Assembly: GCA_963928635.1 (NCBI GenBank)
Contig: CAWVFT010000072.1
Span: 1-54,361 of the forward strand
Reading direction: 5' to 3'
DNA from: Bacillota bacterium
GTDB taxonomy: Bacteria > Bacillota > Clostridia > TANB77 > CAG-508
Length of the DNA: 54,361 nucleotides
The first letter of the stretch is position 1; every line of letters starts with the position of its first letter. The notes below the pieces were generated by a model. That model was not told where the DNA came from. It saw nothing but the letters and a program-made list of their open reading frames with translations, and did not search any database. This document shows positions 36,571-47,772 of the stretch, piece by piece. Both the position numbers and the translations under genes were made by a program.

Positions 36571-37803
36571 TTATAAATTAATATCTCTACAGTTTAAATC
36601 GTTTTCTTTATCTTCTAATTTTTCTTCTCTATTTTTCTTTTTCATTTGTTCTATATCACTATTGCTCAAGTTTCTTGTTATCTCTGTGGTTTCTTCTAGA
36701 TGTTCTTTTGCTTTTTGCTCTTTTTCTAACATTTTTTTGTCTTCGTCTTTTTCTTCTAGATTAAATGGTATTGATATTTTAGCTATTATTGGTATAAACA
36801 TAGGCTCTTTTTTTATTTTAGGCACTATTTTACATGAATCTGCATCTATTGCTGTATTTGCATATCTAATTGCTGTTTCTTTATTTCCTTTCACAAGTTC
36901 TATTTTTGCTAGTTCATAATATCCATCTGCAGATAGTTCTTCATCATCAAGTATTTCCATAAAATATTTTTCTGCTTCTTCCATGTCTTTATAGATTAAT
37001 GCTATTTCTGCTAAGAAGTATTTAGAATGGTATGACAAACTGTTTATCTGTGCTGCTTTTTCATAGCAAATTTTAGCACTCTGGAAGTCGTTAAGCATTG
37101 TATAAACTATACCTAAATTGTAGTTTAAGTCATAACTCATAGGATTATATTTTAAAGCATCTTGATAAACATTTACCGCTTCTTTATATAATTCTTTTTT
37201 TATTAAAATTTCTCCTAATAATTCTGTAGCTTTATAATATTCTGGCTTTTTATTTAATAAATTAAATAACATTTCTGCTGCTTCGTCTTGCTTTTCTAGT
37301 CCATTTAATAGTTCTGCTACTTTAAAATATGAATCATAGTCTTTTTTATTACTGTCTATTGCTAATACATATTCATCTATTGCTTTTCTCATTCCACCTT
37401 CTTGTTCATAAATTTGTGCTAACAATTTATGACCTTTATAATTTTCTGGATATTTTGTAACTAAGTCTATTAATGCTTGTTTTGCCTTTTTGTTATTTCC
37501 TATTTTTAAATAAATATTTGCTTTTATTAAACTTATAACTTCAAATAATGGCTTTCCCTTTTTAGCTAATAGTATTACAATTAAAGGTATTATTATTGCT
37601 AAAATATATTTTACTACAACAAAAAAAAGATTTAGCTTTATTCCAAATAAAACTTCAAAAAAGTTAAGTGCAATTCCTATTACTTGTATTATTAGAATTA
37701 TTACATAACTAGTATCATTATTTTTTATCATTGAATAAAACATATAAATAAAAAATACTAGAGCAATGATTGCAAAAATTAATTGTTCTGCTTCCATAGT
37801 CAT
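36571..37803 (-). CDS. Membrane protein with tetratricopeptide repeats
   Basis: Three N-terminal TMs then TPR helices (YNLGIVY...AKICYEKA). Confidence 0.85.
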   Translation of the reverse strand: MTMEAEQLIFAIIALVFFIYMFYSMIKNNDTSYVIILIIQVIGIALNFFEVLFGIKLNLFFVVVKYILAIIIPLIVILLAKKGKPLFEVISLIKANIYLKIGNNKKAKQALIDLVTKYPENYKGHKLLAQIYEQEGGMRKAIDEYVLAIDSNKKDYDSYFKVAELLNGLEKQDEAAEMLFNLLNKKPEYYKATELLGEILIKKELYKEAVNVYQDALKYNPMSYDLNYNLGIVYTMLNDFQSAKICYEKAAQINSLSYHSKYFLAEIALIYKDMEEAEKYFMEILDDEELSADGYYELAKIELVKGNKETAIRYANTAIDADSCKIVPKIKKEPMFIPIIAKISIPFNLEEKDEDKKMLEKEQKAKEHLEETTEITRNLSNSDIEQMKKKNREEKLEDKENDLNCRDINL

Positions 37804-37861
37804 TCTCCTTTTCTTCTATATTTTAATAGATTTTTTGTAATTTGTCCAGTATTTTCTAAAA

Positions 37862-37932
37862 TTTTGGTTAATTGGGGACAGGTCCCATTAAACCATTTTT
37901 TGTTTAATGGGACCTGCCCTAAACGAACCAAT
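37862..37932. repeat. GGGGACAGGT-type REP-like palindrome
   Basis: ggggacaggtcccattaaac/gtttaatgggacctgccc inverted repeat. Confidence 0.75.
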
Positions 37933-39899
37933 TAACCAAATAGTTTTTCTAATACTATTATAAACATTGCATGTGACCATCCTAGTCCTAATGCCCAGTC
38001 TGGTTTTAGTGTACTGTTGTTGACTTGCTCTCCTAGGAAGTAGTGTTTGCCACATGTTTTTACTACAAAGTCAAATGTTTCTTTTGCTTTTTTCTTTTCT
38101 CCTGCTTCTAAATAGTATAGTGTCATCCACAAGTTTGCAATTGGCCATGGATTTCCATTTCTGTAATTGTCGTTTTCGAATCTTTGGTATCCTCCTGTAT
38201 ATGTTCTTAAGCTCATGTTTATTCTTTCTACTGTATTTTGTATTTTCTTTTCTTTTGGTTTAAATATATTAAATGGGTATACTGCTCCTAATATACTTAC
38301 ATCCATTTTTTTGTCTTCCGGATTTCTTACATATGATTTTTTTGCTTCATCATATAGATTTTCATTTATATATTTTTTTATTTCGCTTAGCAATTTTTCT
38401 AGTTCTTTTTTGTTTTTTTCAATTTTCTCTTCTTTGAGTCTATTGTTTTCGAATTCTGATACATCTTTTCCAAGTATTTTATATATTTTTAGCAGGCTTT
38501 CAAATGCTGCATATATACTTGCTAATGAGTATAGATGTATTCCTTCGCACATTTCCCACAAATCATAGCTCACATGATATTTATGTCCTTTGGTTGGGTC
38601 GTTGTATTTTTGCTCTATTTCTTCTTTTACTATGTCTTTATCTGTTTCTTCTTTTCCTTCTAAGTTTAACCAGTCTTTTAGATATTTTTTTAGGAAGTTT
38701 ACTGCTTTTTCACACATTGATAAATTTTCTTTTAGGAATTTTTCGTTTTTTGTGTATTCATAATGTTGATATGTTCCAAATACTACGCTTGCTGTTTCGT
38801 CTATTTGATATCCCCAACATGGTGCTAGTTTTCCGTCTGTATAAAATCTTTGTTCCCACATTCCATTTTTACTTTGTGTTTTTTTGCAAAATACTTTATA
38901 GAATTTTTCAGCCTCTTTGTTCATATTTAAAATGTCCATTGCTTTTGTTACAAATACGGCATCTCTTGGCCAACAATATGCATATCTTCCGCATTGTGCT
39001 CTTTCTTCGTCTATTTCTGGAGATGCTATTACTCCTCCTGTTTCTTCATTTGTTAATAGCGGAAATAGTAATATTGACCTTTTATATATTTCTATTATTT
39101 GCTCTTCATAGCTATTTTTTGCTTCTTTTAGGTTTAAACCATTATGTTTTTTTAGGTATTTTTTCCAATATGTTCTTGTGTTTAGATATTCTTTTTCGAA
39201 GTCTATTTTTTTAATTCTTTCTATTTCATTTTCAATTTCTGATATATTTTTATTTTCTCCTATTAATATGCATATTTGTATTTCTTTTTTCTCATTTGGG
39301 CTTATTTTTCCTATTTTATAGCTTACACTTGAATCCTTTGCCATTCCTATATAATCTTTATCCCAAATTTCTCCCCTTTTGATATTATTTATGCTATCAT
39401 TTATTTGATGTCTATTTACTTTTGTACCTTTTGCAAATGTTGAAAATGTAAAGTCATGTGCATATTGAAGTATCCCTCCATCTATTAATTTGCAACTTGT
39501 CATATTGTTCTCGTCTGATAACAGTTGAGAATGTATATAAAATTCTACGTCTAAATCTATATTTCCTTCATTTAAAAATATATATTTTTTTGCTAATACA
39601 TTTTCGTTTATTAAACAATAATCTGTTTGTACTATTTTTAAGTTAAAGTAAGTATTTGTTACTTCTGTATTTAATACATTTGTATCTGTGTCATAATACT
39701 GCAAATAAGTGTTGTTTATATCGTCATGTAGATATATTAAGTCTGAACTATTTACTTTTACTCCTGTGTGAAAAAAGTCTATATACTGCTTACTGTCTTT
39801 TGTTGGGAAATACATTCTTAGTAATTCTCCCTTTCCTGTATATGTTGCAATTATATTTTTATTTCCTATTATTGCTTCATTTAGGTATTTTGTACTCAT
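37932..39899 (-). CDS. Glycoside hydrolase family 15 (glucoamylase-like)
   Basis: YAYCWPRD, QIDET, YDLWE, LGEQV...LGWSHAM. Confidence 0.9.
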   Translation of the reverse strand: MSTKYLNEAIIGNKNIIATYTGKGELLRMYFPTKDSKQYIDFFHTGVKVNSSDLIYLHDDINNTYLQYYDTDTNVLNTEVTNTYFNLKIVQTDYCLINENVLAKKYIFLNEGNIDLDVEFYIHSQLLSDENNMTSCKLIDGGILQYAHDFTFSTFAKGTKVNRHQINDSINNIKRGEIWDKDYIGMAKDSSVSYKIGKISPNEKKEIQICILIGENKNISEIENEIERIKKIDFEKEYLNTRTYWKKYLKKHNGLNLKEAKNSYEEQIIEIYKRSILLFPLLTNEETGGVIASPEIDEERAQCGRYAYCWPRDAVFVTKAMDILNMNKEAEKFYKVFCKKTQSKNGMWEQRFYTDGKLAPCWGYQIDETASVVFGTYQHYEYTKNEKFLKENLSMCEKAVNFLKKYLKDWLNLEGKEETDKDIVKEEIEQKYNDPTKGHKYHVSYDLWEMCEGIHLYSLASIYAAFESLLKIYKILGKDVSEFENNRLKEEKIEKNKKELEKLLSEIKKYINENLYDEAKKSYVRNPEDKKMDVSILGAVYPFNIFKPKEKKIQNTVERINMSLRTYTGGYQRFENDNYRNGNPWPIANLWMTLYYLEAGEKKKAKETFDFVVKTCGKHYFLGEQVNNSTLKPDWALGLGWSHAMFIIVLEKLFG

Positions 39900-39994
39900 T
39901 TTATTTCTTCCTTCCTATGTATAAATCTATATATTAAATTTTAAATGAAGTTTACTACTGTGCGTAGCCAAAATTGTGATTATTTTTCAAACTT

Positions 39995-41638
39995 TTATCC
40001 TTCTATTACATTTAAAATCTGTTTTTCTAAATCTTTTATCTTTTCGTTTATTCTAAAGATATCTTCATCTCTTAAGTTTGTATTACTTATGTCTTCTTTT
40101 ACTGCTATTTCCATATCTTTCATTTCTTCTTTTAGCTTTTCTAGTCTTGATATTACTTCTGTTTTTAATGTTACTGGTATCTTTCTTTCTATTGTATGTG
40201 TTAAGTTGACTGTATCTTCTAAGTCATATGTTTCTCCAAAGTTTGCTATTGTTACAGGTAAGTTTGTTTCTGTTTCTATTTTTTCTTTTAATACATCTTG
40301 TGATTCTTCTTCTCCATGTACTAAAAAGATATGTTTTGGCTTTTTATTAAATGAATTTACAAAATTCATTAATCCTTCTTGATCAGCATGTCCTGAATAT
40401 CCTTCTATATATTCTATCCTAGCATTTACTGCTATTTCTTCTCCAAATATTTTTACTGTTTTTGCTCCATTTACTATGTTATATCCTAATGTTCCTGGTG
40501 CTTGATATCCTACAAATAATATTGTACTTTTTGGATTCCATAAGTTATGTTTTAAATGATGTTTAATTCTTCCTACATCACACATTCCACTTGCTGATAT
40601 TATTATACTTGGTGTATTATCTGCATTTAGTGCTTTTGATTCTTCTGTTGTCATTGTGAATTTTAACCCTGGGAATTCTAGAGGATTTTCTCCTTTTGAT
40701 ATTTCTGCTTGTGTTTCATCATCAAATAAGTCCATATTTTCTTTAAACACCTCTGTTGCTGATATTGCTAGCGGACTATCTACATATACTGGTGTATTCA
40801 TTAAGGTTTTATATTTTCTTCTGAATTCTTCGTCTTTTCTTATATCTTTTAATTTATCTATTTCATATAAGATTTCTTGTGTTCTGCCTACTGCAAATGA
40901 TGGTATTACAACTGTTCCCCCATTGTCTATTGTTTCTGATACAACGTCTAGGAATATTTCTGCTTTATCGTCATTGCGCATATGTAGTCTGCTTCCATAT
41001 GTTGATTCCATTACTAGATAATCTGTTTCTTCTATCATTGTTGGTTCATTTAATAATGGTATATCATTATTTCCTAAGTCTCCTGAAAATACTGCTTTTG
41101 TTTCTTTTCCATTTTCTTTTGCCCATACCTCTATTATACTAGAACCTAACATATGACCTGCATCATTGAATCTTACATGTATTTCTGGTGTTATCTCTAT
41201 TATTTCATCATATTTTACTGGTTCAAATATTTCTAGACATTGTGTAGCTTCTTCTGCTGTATATATTGGTTCTCTTGGTTTTTCTCCTTTTCTTATTCTC
41301 TTTTTATTTTTCCATTCACTTTCTTGTTCTTGTATATGTCCACTATCTGGTAACATTATTGCACACAAATCTTTTGTTGCTTTTTGTGTATATATCTTAT
41401 TTCTAAATCCTTCTTTATATAGTTTTGGTATTCTTCCTGAATGGTCTATATGTGCATGTGTCAATAACATAAAGTCAATTTCTTGTGGATTAAATTCAAA
41501 TTCACTATAGTTTTCTTCTTCTAGTTCTGCTTTTCCTTGCCATAATCCGCAGTCTACTAAAAATTTCTTTCCAGCTGCTTCTACTAAATAATTTGAACCT
41601 GTAACAGTTCTGGTTGCTCCTAAAAATGTGATTTTCAT
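39995..41638 (-). CDS. MBL-fold beta-CASP nuclease (YSH1-like)
   Basis: THAHIDHSG, DAGHMLGS, MESTYG, SGHADQ, LVHGE. Confidence 0.92.
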   Translation of the reverse strand: MKITFLGATRTVTGSNYLVEAAGKKFLVDCGLWQGKAELEEENYSEFEFNPQEIDFMLLTHAHIDHSGRIPKLYKEGFRNKIYTQKATKDLCAIMLPDSGHIQEQESEWKNKKRIRKGEKPREPIYTAEEATQCLEIFEPVKYDEIIEITPEIHVRFNDAGHMLGSSIIEVWAKENGKETKAVFSGDLGNNDIPLLNEPTMIEETDYLVMESTYGSRLHMRNDDKAEIFLDVVSETIDNGGTVVIPSFAVGRTQEILYEIDKLKDIRKDEEFRRKYKTLMNTPVYVDSPLAISATEVFKENMDLFDDETQAEISKGENPLEFPGLKFTMTTEESKALNADNTPSIIISASGMCDVGRIKHHLKHNLWNPKSTILFVGYQAPGTLGYNIVNGAKTVKIFGEEIAVNARIEYIEGYSGHADQEGLMNFVNSFNKKPKHIFLVHGEEESQDVLKEKIETETNLPVTIANFGETYDLEDTVNLTHTIERKIPVTLKTEVISRLEKLKEEMKDMEIAVKEDISNTNLRDEDIFRINEKIKDLEKQILNVIEG

Positions 41639-41669
41639 ACTTCCTCCTAACAATTTAATAAAATTTTTT

Positions 41670-41813
41670 CTATTAAATATATATTATTTTGAGTGAGCTC
41701 GTGTGGGGACCGGCTAGCTAGAAAATGTTAAAATTAATTAAATTTTTAATTTAATTAATTTTATACAGTTTCTGCGATGTTGGGACGAACGAAAAATAAT
41801 ATATATTTAATAG
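41670..41813. repeat. MITE-like element with ~20-bp terminal inverted repeats
   Basis: ctattaaatatatattatttt ... aaaataatatatatttaatag; internal gttgggacgaacga recurs inverted at ~54290-54303; gtggggaccg recurs inverted at ~70-79. Confidence 0.6.
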
Positions 41814-41820
41814 TAAAGTG

Positions 41821-43410
41821 TTAATCAAATAATTCTATTTTTTTGTTAAGTCTATATTCTAGTTCTTTTGCATTAATTTCTTGTTTTGTAGTTATTTCAA
41901 TTTTTTCTTCAAATAGTTGCTCATCAAATAATTGCAAATAAAATTTTTCTTTTTCTTTAGTTATTTTTAAGTTAACATCCTCTAATTTTATAATTCTTGA
42001 ATTAAATATATTTTTTAATATTTCATAATTTAATTCTTCGTTTTTTGAGACTATTTTTATAACTTTCATCTCATGAGCTTTTTTTATTAATTCTTTGGTT
42101 ATTTCTTGTATTTTTTCTTTTAATTTTGCTACCTGCCATATACTTTTTTCGAAGTTATATGGTATTAATAAATAATATCTATATTCATATATTAATTTTG
42201 TTATTTCTTGTTTTGTTTTAACATTTTTTATTTTTATTTTGAAACATTCCAAAAATGTTTTTTGTATTTTTAGTAGTAATTCATTTATTTTTTCATCTGT
42301 TTCTTTTTTGTTCTCTGTTACTGAATCTAAGTATTTTTGTTTTTGTTTTAGTTCTTTTTCATATTTTATGAAATTTTTTGGTTGTAACTCATTGTTTATT
42401 TTTTCAATTTTTTCAAATAATTCTTCTCTTTCTTTTGTCATTATTTCTGATAATACTTTTATGCTAAAAATTTTCTTTTCTATTGATACATTTTCATTTC
42501 TTTTTACATATTCTTGTTCTAACTCTTTTTTGTTATTTAGTATTGTATCATATTCTCGTATTTTTTCTGCAATTTTCATTTTTTCTTTTGTTTTTTCTTC
42601 TATGAATTTTCCTCTATTTTTTATTACGTCAATTTCTTGCCTTATTTTTTCTTTTTCTTGTATTAATTTTTTTAATTTTTCTTCATCATATTTTCCTTCT
42701 AACAATATGGAAATAATTGAAATTTTTTCTGTAAATTCTTTTTCATTTTTATTTCCATAAATCTCTTTAAAAATATTTTTATATTCCTCAAAATAGTCTA
42801 AGACAAATTCTGAATTGTTTATCCATTTGTTTAGAAAATTGTATCCTAATAATATTCTTAAATTTTGGTATATCAAATTGTGTGTAACACTTTCTATTTC
42901 TCTTGGTATTGTTGTCCAAGAATATCCATTAAAATCTCTTAATGGTTCTACCATATTTATACTATTTCCTACATTTATTAAATCTGATAGTGTTTCGTTT
43001 ATTATATAGTATTTATCTTTTATAATTTTATCTTGCTTTGCTATTTTACTAATTGCATATAATAATTTTCTTTCTATTGGATAACATTCTATTTCTTTAT
43101 TTTCTTTATCTATTACAAAAGTTTTTCCTTTTCCTATTTTGTTTTCTTGCTCTTTCATGTTTATTATTTTTATATTGTTACATTTGTTTTGAATTATATA
43201 TATGTAATTTTTAATATATTCATCTTTACTTTCTATCTCTTGTTTTACTATTTCTACATCTTTATATGCTGCCTCTATTTTATATAAAATGCTAAGGAGA
43301 ATGCTTTTTGAGTTTCCTGCAAATTCTTTTTCTTCTAATATTGCCTCTAGGTCATTATTATAGTTCCTTTTTACTATTTTTTCTAAAATGTTATCTTTTT
43401 TCTTCTGCAT
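41821..43410 (-). CDS. Hypothetical Lys/Glu-rich coiled-coil protein
   Basis: Long ORF; AAAGGAG RBS before MQKKKDN; RDFNGYSW motif. Confidence 0.75.
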   Translation of the reverse strand: MQKKKDNILEKIVKRNYNNDLEAILEEKEFAGNSKSILLSILYKIEAAYKDVEIVKQEIESKDEYIKNYIYIIQNKCNNIKIINMKEQENKIGKGKTFVIDKENKEIECYPIERKLLYAISKIAKQDKIIKDKYYIINETLSDLINVGNSINMVEPLRDFNGYSWTTIPREIESVTHNLIYQNLRILLGYNFLNKWINNSEFVLDYFEEYKNIFKEIYGNKNEKEFTEKISIISILLEGKYDEEKLKKLIQEKEKIRQEIDVIKNRGKFIEEKTKEKMKIAEKIREYDTILNNKKELEQEYVKRNENVSIEKKIFSIKVLSEIMTKEREELFEKIEKINNELQPKNFIKYEKELKQKQKYLDSVTENKKETDEKINELLLKIQKTFLECFKIKIKNVKTKQEITKLIYEYRYYLLIPYNFEKSIWQVAKLKEKIQEITKELIKKAHEMKVIKIVSKNEELNYEILKNIFNSRIIKLEDVNLKITKEKEKFYLQLFDEQLFEEKIEITTKQEINAKELEYRLNKKIELFD

Positions 43411-43443
43411 CTTTATCTCCTTTCGTATCTTTTCGGGATTTGT

Positions 43444-43553
43444 CAAATTGCCAATGGGGACGGGGCATTTTGGCAATTTTCATAATTTTTTTATGTACTA
43501 CACTATAATCCTTTCAAAATTGCCAAAATGCCCCGTCCCCATTGGCAATTTTT
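43444..43553. repeat. Inverted pair of GGGGAC-type REP-like units
   Basis: aaattgccaatggggacggggcattttggcaatttt and its inverse ~35 bp downstream. Confidence 0.8.
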
Positions 43554-43558
43554 GATTT

Positions 43559-46012
43559 TTAGAGATTTTGAGATACGTCCTCTAATCCCTGCTGTCCCAT
43601 TTTTAGTTCTTCCCATCTTTCTTTTGACATTAGCACTTCTCTTGGTTTACTTCCTTGGTATCCTGATATTATTCCTCTTTCTTCCATTTGGTCTATTATT
43701 CTTCCAGCTCTTGCATATCCTACTTTAAATCTTCTTTGTATAAATGATGTAGATGCTTGTCCTGTTTCTACTACTGTTTCTATTGCATCATTTAAGAATG
43801 GATCTACTTCATCTTCTTCTGACTGCTCTTGAGCTAAATCTTTTTCTGACTTATTATTGTTTTCTATACTTTCTAATATGTCTTCACTGTATTTTGCAGT
43901 TCCGTTTTTCTTTATAAATGCTACTATCTTTTCTACTTCATCATCAGATACAAATGCTCCTTGTACTCTCAATGGTTTTGGTGCTCCTGATGGGAAATAT
44001 AACATGTCTCCTTTTCCAAGTAGTTTTTCAGCCCCTATTGTGTCTAATATTGTTCTGGAATCTACTTGTGATGATACTGCAAATGCTATTCTTGATGGTA
44101 TATTTGCTTTTATTAATCCTGTGATTACATCTACTGATGGTCTTTGTGTTGCTATTACTAAATGCATTCCTGCTGCTCTTGCTTTTTGTGCTAATCTACA
44201 TATTGCTTCTTCTACATCTTTTGCAGCAACCATCATTAAGTCTGCAAGCTCATCTACTATTATTACTATTTGAGGTAGTTTTGCAAGTCCACCTTCTTTT
44301 TCTATTGCTTTGTTATATCCTTTTAAGTCTCTTACGCCTTTAGTTGCAAATTTATTATATCTATCATCCATTTCTTGTACTGCCCAAGCTAATGCTCCTG
44401 CAGCTTTTTTAGGGTCTGTTACTACTGGTATTAGCAAATGTGGTATTCCATTATATACTGATAATTCTACTACTTTTGGGTCTACCATTACAAGTTTTAC
44501 TTCACTTGGTTTTGCATTATATATGATACTACTAATTATTGTATTTATACATACACTTTTTCCTGAACCTGTTGCTCCTGCAATTAATACATGTGGCATT
44601 TTTGCTATATCTGCTAGTTCTATTTCTCCTGCTACGTCCCTTCCTAGTGCAACTGTTAGTTTTGATTTATTATTTTTAAATTCATCACTTTCTAATACTT
44701 CTCTTAAATGTACTGATTCTTTTTCTTTATTTGGTACTTCTATTCCTACTGCTTGTTTTCCTGGTATTGGTGCTTCAATTCTTATTGTTTCGGCAGCTAA
44801 ATTTAATGCTATATCATCTGCTAAGTTTGCTATTTTGCTTACTCTTACACCTTCTGCTGGTTTTAGTTCATATCTTGTTATTGCTGGTCCTACTGATACA
44901 TTTTCTACTTTTGCTGATACCCCAAAACTATATAATGTTTTTTGAAGTTTAGTTGCTGTATCTGTTAGCATTTTTGCTCCACCTTTTATTGCTTTTTTAC
45001 TTGGTTTACTTAGTAATTCTAATGGTGGATATTCGTAATTTTCATCTTCTACTTCCATTGCATGCTCTAATTGTAATACTTCTTTTGTTTTATCTTCTTT
45101 CTTTTCTTCTTCTGTTTTAAAAAGATTATTCTCAATTACATCTGGGTCCATTTTTTCTTGTTGTTTTGGTGACATTTCCTTTGTTAAAGGTATTAAATCA
45201 TTATTGCCATGGTTATGTTTTCTTAACTTTCCTTTATCCTGTTCTTCTACAATTCTTCCTCCAAAGTTGATTTTGATTTGGTTTTCCATTTCGTCTGTTG
45301 CCTTTGCTGTTTCTTGTGCTTGTAATGCCATGGCCCTTTCTTTTGCTCTTTCTTCCCTTTGCTTTTTCCTTTCTTCTCTACTTTCCTGTTCTTCTTCTTT
45401 TCTTTGTCTTTTTAGTTCTTGCTTTTCTTCTTTTTTATCTAGTCTTTTATCCATATAGTCGTTTATTATTTCTGATAAATTTATTCCGAATATAAATACT
45501 AATAATATTAATGCTACTCCCAAACTTAGAATCATTGCTCCCATTGTTCCTAGAAGATTTACTAATGGTACAGCTATAACTGCTCCTATTGCTCCTCCTC
45601 CTGTTCCTGAAGCTCCTAAACTATATGCATCTTTTGCTATTTCAGAAAGTTCTTTATTAGTTGTTAAAGCTCCTGTTGATATTTCAAATGTACACATTAA
45701 TACTGATATACTTATTATGAATATTGCATATTGGATTATTTTTGAACTTAATCCTTCACCTTCGTCACATGCTATTTTTATTGCTATTGCAAATATTCCT
45801 ATTGGTAGTACATATTGTATTATCCCCATCATACCACCAAGTATTTCGTTTAGTTTTGCACCTACTACACCTGATTTTGCATATATTAGCACTGCTAATA
45901 GAATGCTTATTACTATTAAAATTACCACTGCCATATCTATTCTTGAGGCTCTTTTATTAAGCATTCTTTTTGCTCCTGTATTTCTTTTTTTATATGTTCT
46001 TTTTCTTGCCAT
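43559..46012 (-). CDS. ftsK: DNA translocase FtsK/SpoIIIE
   Basis: N-terminal TMs, [26 protein letters not shown], gamma domain [17 protein letters not shown]. Confidence 0.96.
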   Translation of the reverse strand: MARKRTYKKRNTGAKRMLNKRASRIDMAVVILIVISILLAVLIYAKSGVVGAKLNEILGGMMGIIQYVLPIGIFAIAIKIACDEGEGLSSKIIQYAIFIISISVLMCTFEISTGALTTNKELSEIAKDAYSLGASGTGGGAIGAVIAVPLVNLLGTMGAMILSLGVALILLVFIFGINLSEIINDYMDKRLDKKEEKQELKRQRKEEEQESREERKKQREERAKERAMALQAQETAKATDEMENQIKINFGGRIVEEQDKGKLRKHNHGNNDLIPLTKEMSPKQQEKMDPDVIENNLFKTEEEKKEDKTKEVLQLEHAMEVEDENYEYPPLELLSKPSKKAIKGGAKMLTDTATKLQKTLYSFGVSAKVENVSVGPAITRYELKPAEGVRVSKIANLADDIALNLAAETIRIEAPIPGKQAVGIEVPNKEKESVHLREVLESDEFKNNKSKLTVALGRDVAGEIELADIAKMPHVLIAGATGSGKSVCINTIISSIIYNAKPSEVKLVMVDPKVVELSVYNGIPHLLIPVVTDPKKAAGALAWAVQEMDDRYNKFATKGVRDLKGYNKAIEKEGGLAKLPQIVIIVDELADLMMVAAKDVEEAICRLAQKARAAGMHLVIATQRPSVDVITGLIKANIPSRIAFAVSSQVDSRTILDTIGAEKLLGKGDMLYFPSGAPKPLRVQGAFVSDDEVEKIVAFIKKNGTAKYSEDILESIENNNKSEKDLAQEQSEEDEVDPFLNDAIETVVETGQASTSFIQRRFKVGYARAGRIIDQMEERGIISGYQGSKPREVLMSKERWEELKMGQQGLEDVSQNL

Positions 46013-46215
46013 CTTTTGTCATACTCCTCCAATTTTATTATGCTATAATTGTATATTATTTTTTTATAAAATGCTATAGTTTTGTGAATTTTTTTTGATT
46101 TTTATTAAAGTTTTTTACCCGTATTTTATTACTATTTTTTGACTATTTACATAAAGTGTGGTGAAATTAGAGTAGTTTCTTTTATTATTAATTTTAAAAA
46201 TTGGAGGAAAATACT

Positions 46216-46353
46216 ATGAAAAAAGAAGCATATCGGTTTAAACAAGCAATAAGTTTCCATTTTTATGTACCATTGATTTTAGGAGTTTTCACAGCTATAT
46301 TGGGTTTAATATCTATTGAACCCACACTAATGAAGACTTACTTCAGTTTCTAA
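46216..46353 (+). CDS. Unannotated 45-aa single-TM peptide
   Basis: GGAGG RBS, upstream TTGACT-N17-TGAAAT, downstream GC-rich hairpin. Confidence 0.5.
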   Translation: MKKEAYRFKQAISFHFYVPLILGVFTAILGLISIEPTLMKTYFSF

Positions 46354-46390
46354 TTGTTGTTGCTTCTGGACATTAACTGAAGAAACACTT

Positions 46391-46424
46391 TGGGGCAGAC
46401 TTTTATAGTCTGCCCCATTTTTTC
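46391..46424. terminator. Bidirectional terminator
   Basis: tggggcagact/agtctgcccca hairpin followed by a T tract. Confidence 0.75.
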
Positions 46425-46928
46425 TTATTTTAATTCTTTTCTACTATTTTGAACTGTTTTAATTGTATCTTCTAATGAAATTTGCATTAAATTTAAAGCT
46501 TGACTCATATTTTTTTCTAAATTTCCTAATGTATCTTTTAATACATTCTCTGTTGATGCCAATAGATTATCTGCATATTCTTTTGTGCCATTTGAAATTT
46601 CTCTTGACATCTCATTGGCAGCTTCAATAATTTCTGTTTTTTGGTCATATGCTTTTCTTGTTATTTCGTGTTCATCTACCATGGCAATTATTCTGTTCTC
46701 TGCTTCTTTAACGATTCCATCAGCTTCTTTTTGTGCTTCTACTAATATTCTTTGTCTTTCTTCTTTTACCCATTTAGCTTGTTTTAATTCATCTGGAAGT
46801 TTTAATCTAATTTCTTTTATTAAATCTAACATTTCCTCTTTTTCAACTAAACTTTTGCTTGAGAATGGTAAATTTCTACTATTTTCTAATAAATCTTCTA
46901 ATGTGTCTAATAATGTAAAGATTTCCAT
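46425..46928 (-). CDS. Conserved coiled-coil protein usually found after rsmD-coaD (often annotated ATPase/ATP synthase subunit-like)
   Basis: LPDELKQAKWVKEERQRIL, EHEITRKA, GTKEYAD. Confidence 0.8.
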   Translation of the reverse strand: MEIFTLLDTLEDLLENSRNLPFSSKSLVEKEEMLDLIKEIRLKLPDELKQAKWVKEERQRILVEAQKEADGIVKEAENRIIAMVDEHEITRKAYDQKTEIIEAANEMSREISNGTKEYADNLLASTENVLKDTLGNLEKNMSQALNLMQISLEDTIKTVQNSRKELK

Positions 46929-46969
46929 CGACTTTCTCCTTTCCTGTTTTCTATTAGATTAGTTGCATT

Positions 46970-47530
46970 TTATCTACTTTTCAGCTGTAAGAAAACAATT
47001 TCTGCTCTTCCATATTTTCTTTGGTCTATTATTTCTATATTTAAATTTTCTAATTCGTTTTTTATATTTTCTAATCTGTCTGTTTCTAGTATTATTATAC
47101 TATCTTTTTTTAGTAAATCCTTTACTATTAATAATTTTATTGCATTAACTGAATAATTTGATTTATATGGTGGATCAATATATATTATATCTAATTTGTT
47201 TTCAATTTTATTTTTTATCAGTAGTTCATAATCACACATATATAACTCGGTTTGTTGCTCCATGTGTGTTTTTTCTATATTCTTTTTTATTATTTGTATA
47301 GCATTTTTATCTTTATCACATAATATTGCTAATTTAGCACCTCTACTTGCTGCTTCTAACCCTATTGCTCCACTTCCAGAAAATAAATCTAAAAATATGC
47401 TATCTTGTATTTTGTTTTGTATTATATTAAATACTGATTCTTTTACTCTATCTAATGTTGGTCTTGTTATTTCATTTCCTTTTAGAGTAAATAAATTAGT
47501 TCCTCTCGCTTTCCCACTAATTATTCTCAT
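46970..47530 (-). CDS. rsmD: 16S rRNA m2G966 methyltransferase
   Basis: MRIISGKARG, RPTLDRVKESVF, LDLFSGSG, DPPY. Confidence 0.95.
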   Translation of the reverse strand: MRIISGKARGTNLFTLKGNEITRPTLDRVKESVFNIIQNKIQDSIFLDLFSGSGAIGLEAASRGAKLAILCDKDKNAIQIIKKNIEKTHMEQQTELYMCDYELLIKNKIENKLDIIYIDPPYKSNYSVNAIKLLIVKDLLKKDSIIILETDRLENIKNELENLNIEIIDQRKYGRAEIVFLQLKSR

Positions 47531-47772
47531 GTAGATTATACCTCTATGCTATAATTTTATCTTCTTTTTTTTCAATGTCAATACTATTAATAAAACTGTA
47601 ATATACATTTAACAGTTCTGTAATATTGTTTTTTAATTGTAATAGAAAAACAGTTAAAATAAACATATGTATATTTTAACTGTTTTTCTTTGTCTTAGGT
47701 TTAATTTGTAGTTCTTATGTATTTTAAATCTTATGTATTTTTAAATCATTTGTTTAGTTTATAATAAAAAAA

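Noticed and set aside
43411-43476. N-terminal extension MPKCPVPIG... of the 551-aa ORF
   Set aside because: It is translated REP-like repeat; the RBS supports the start at 43410
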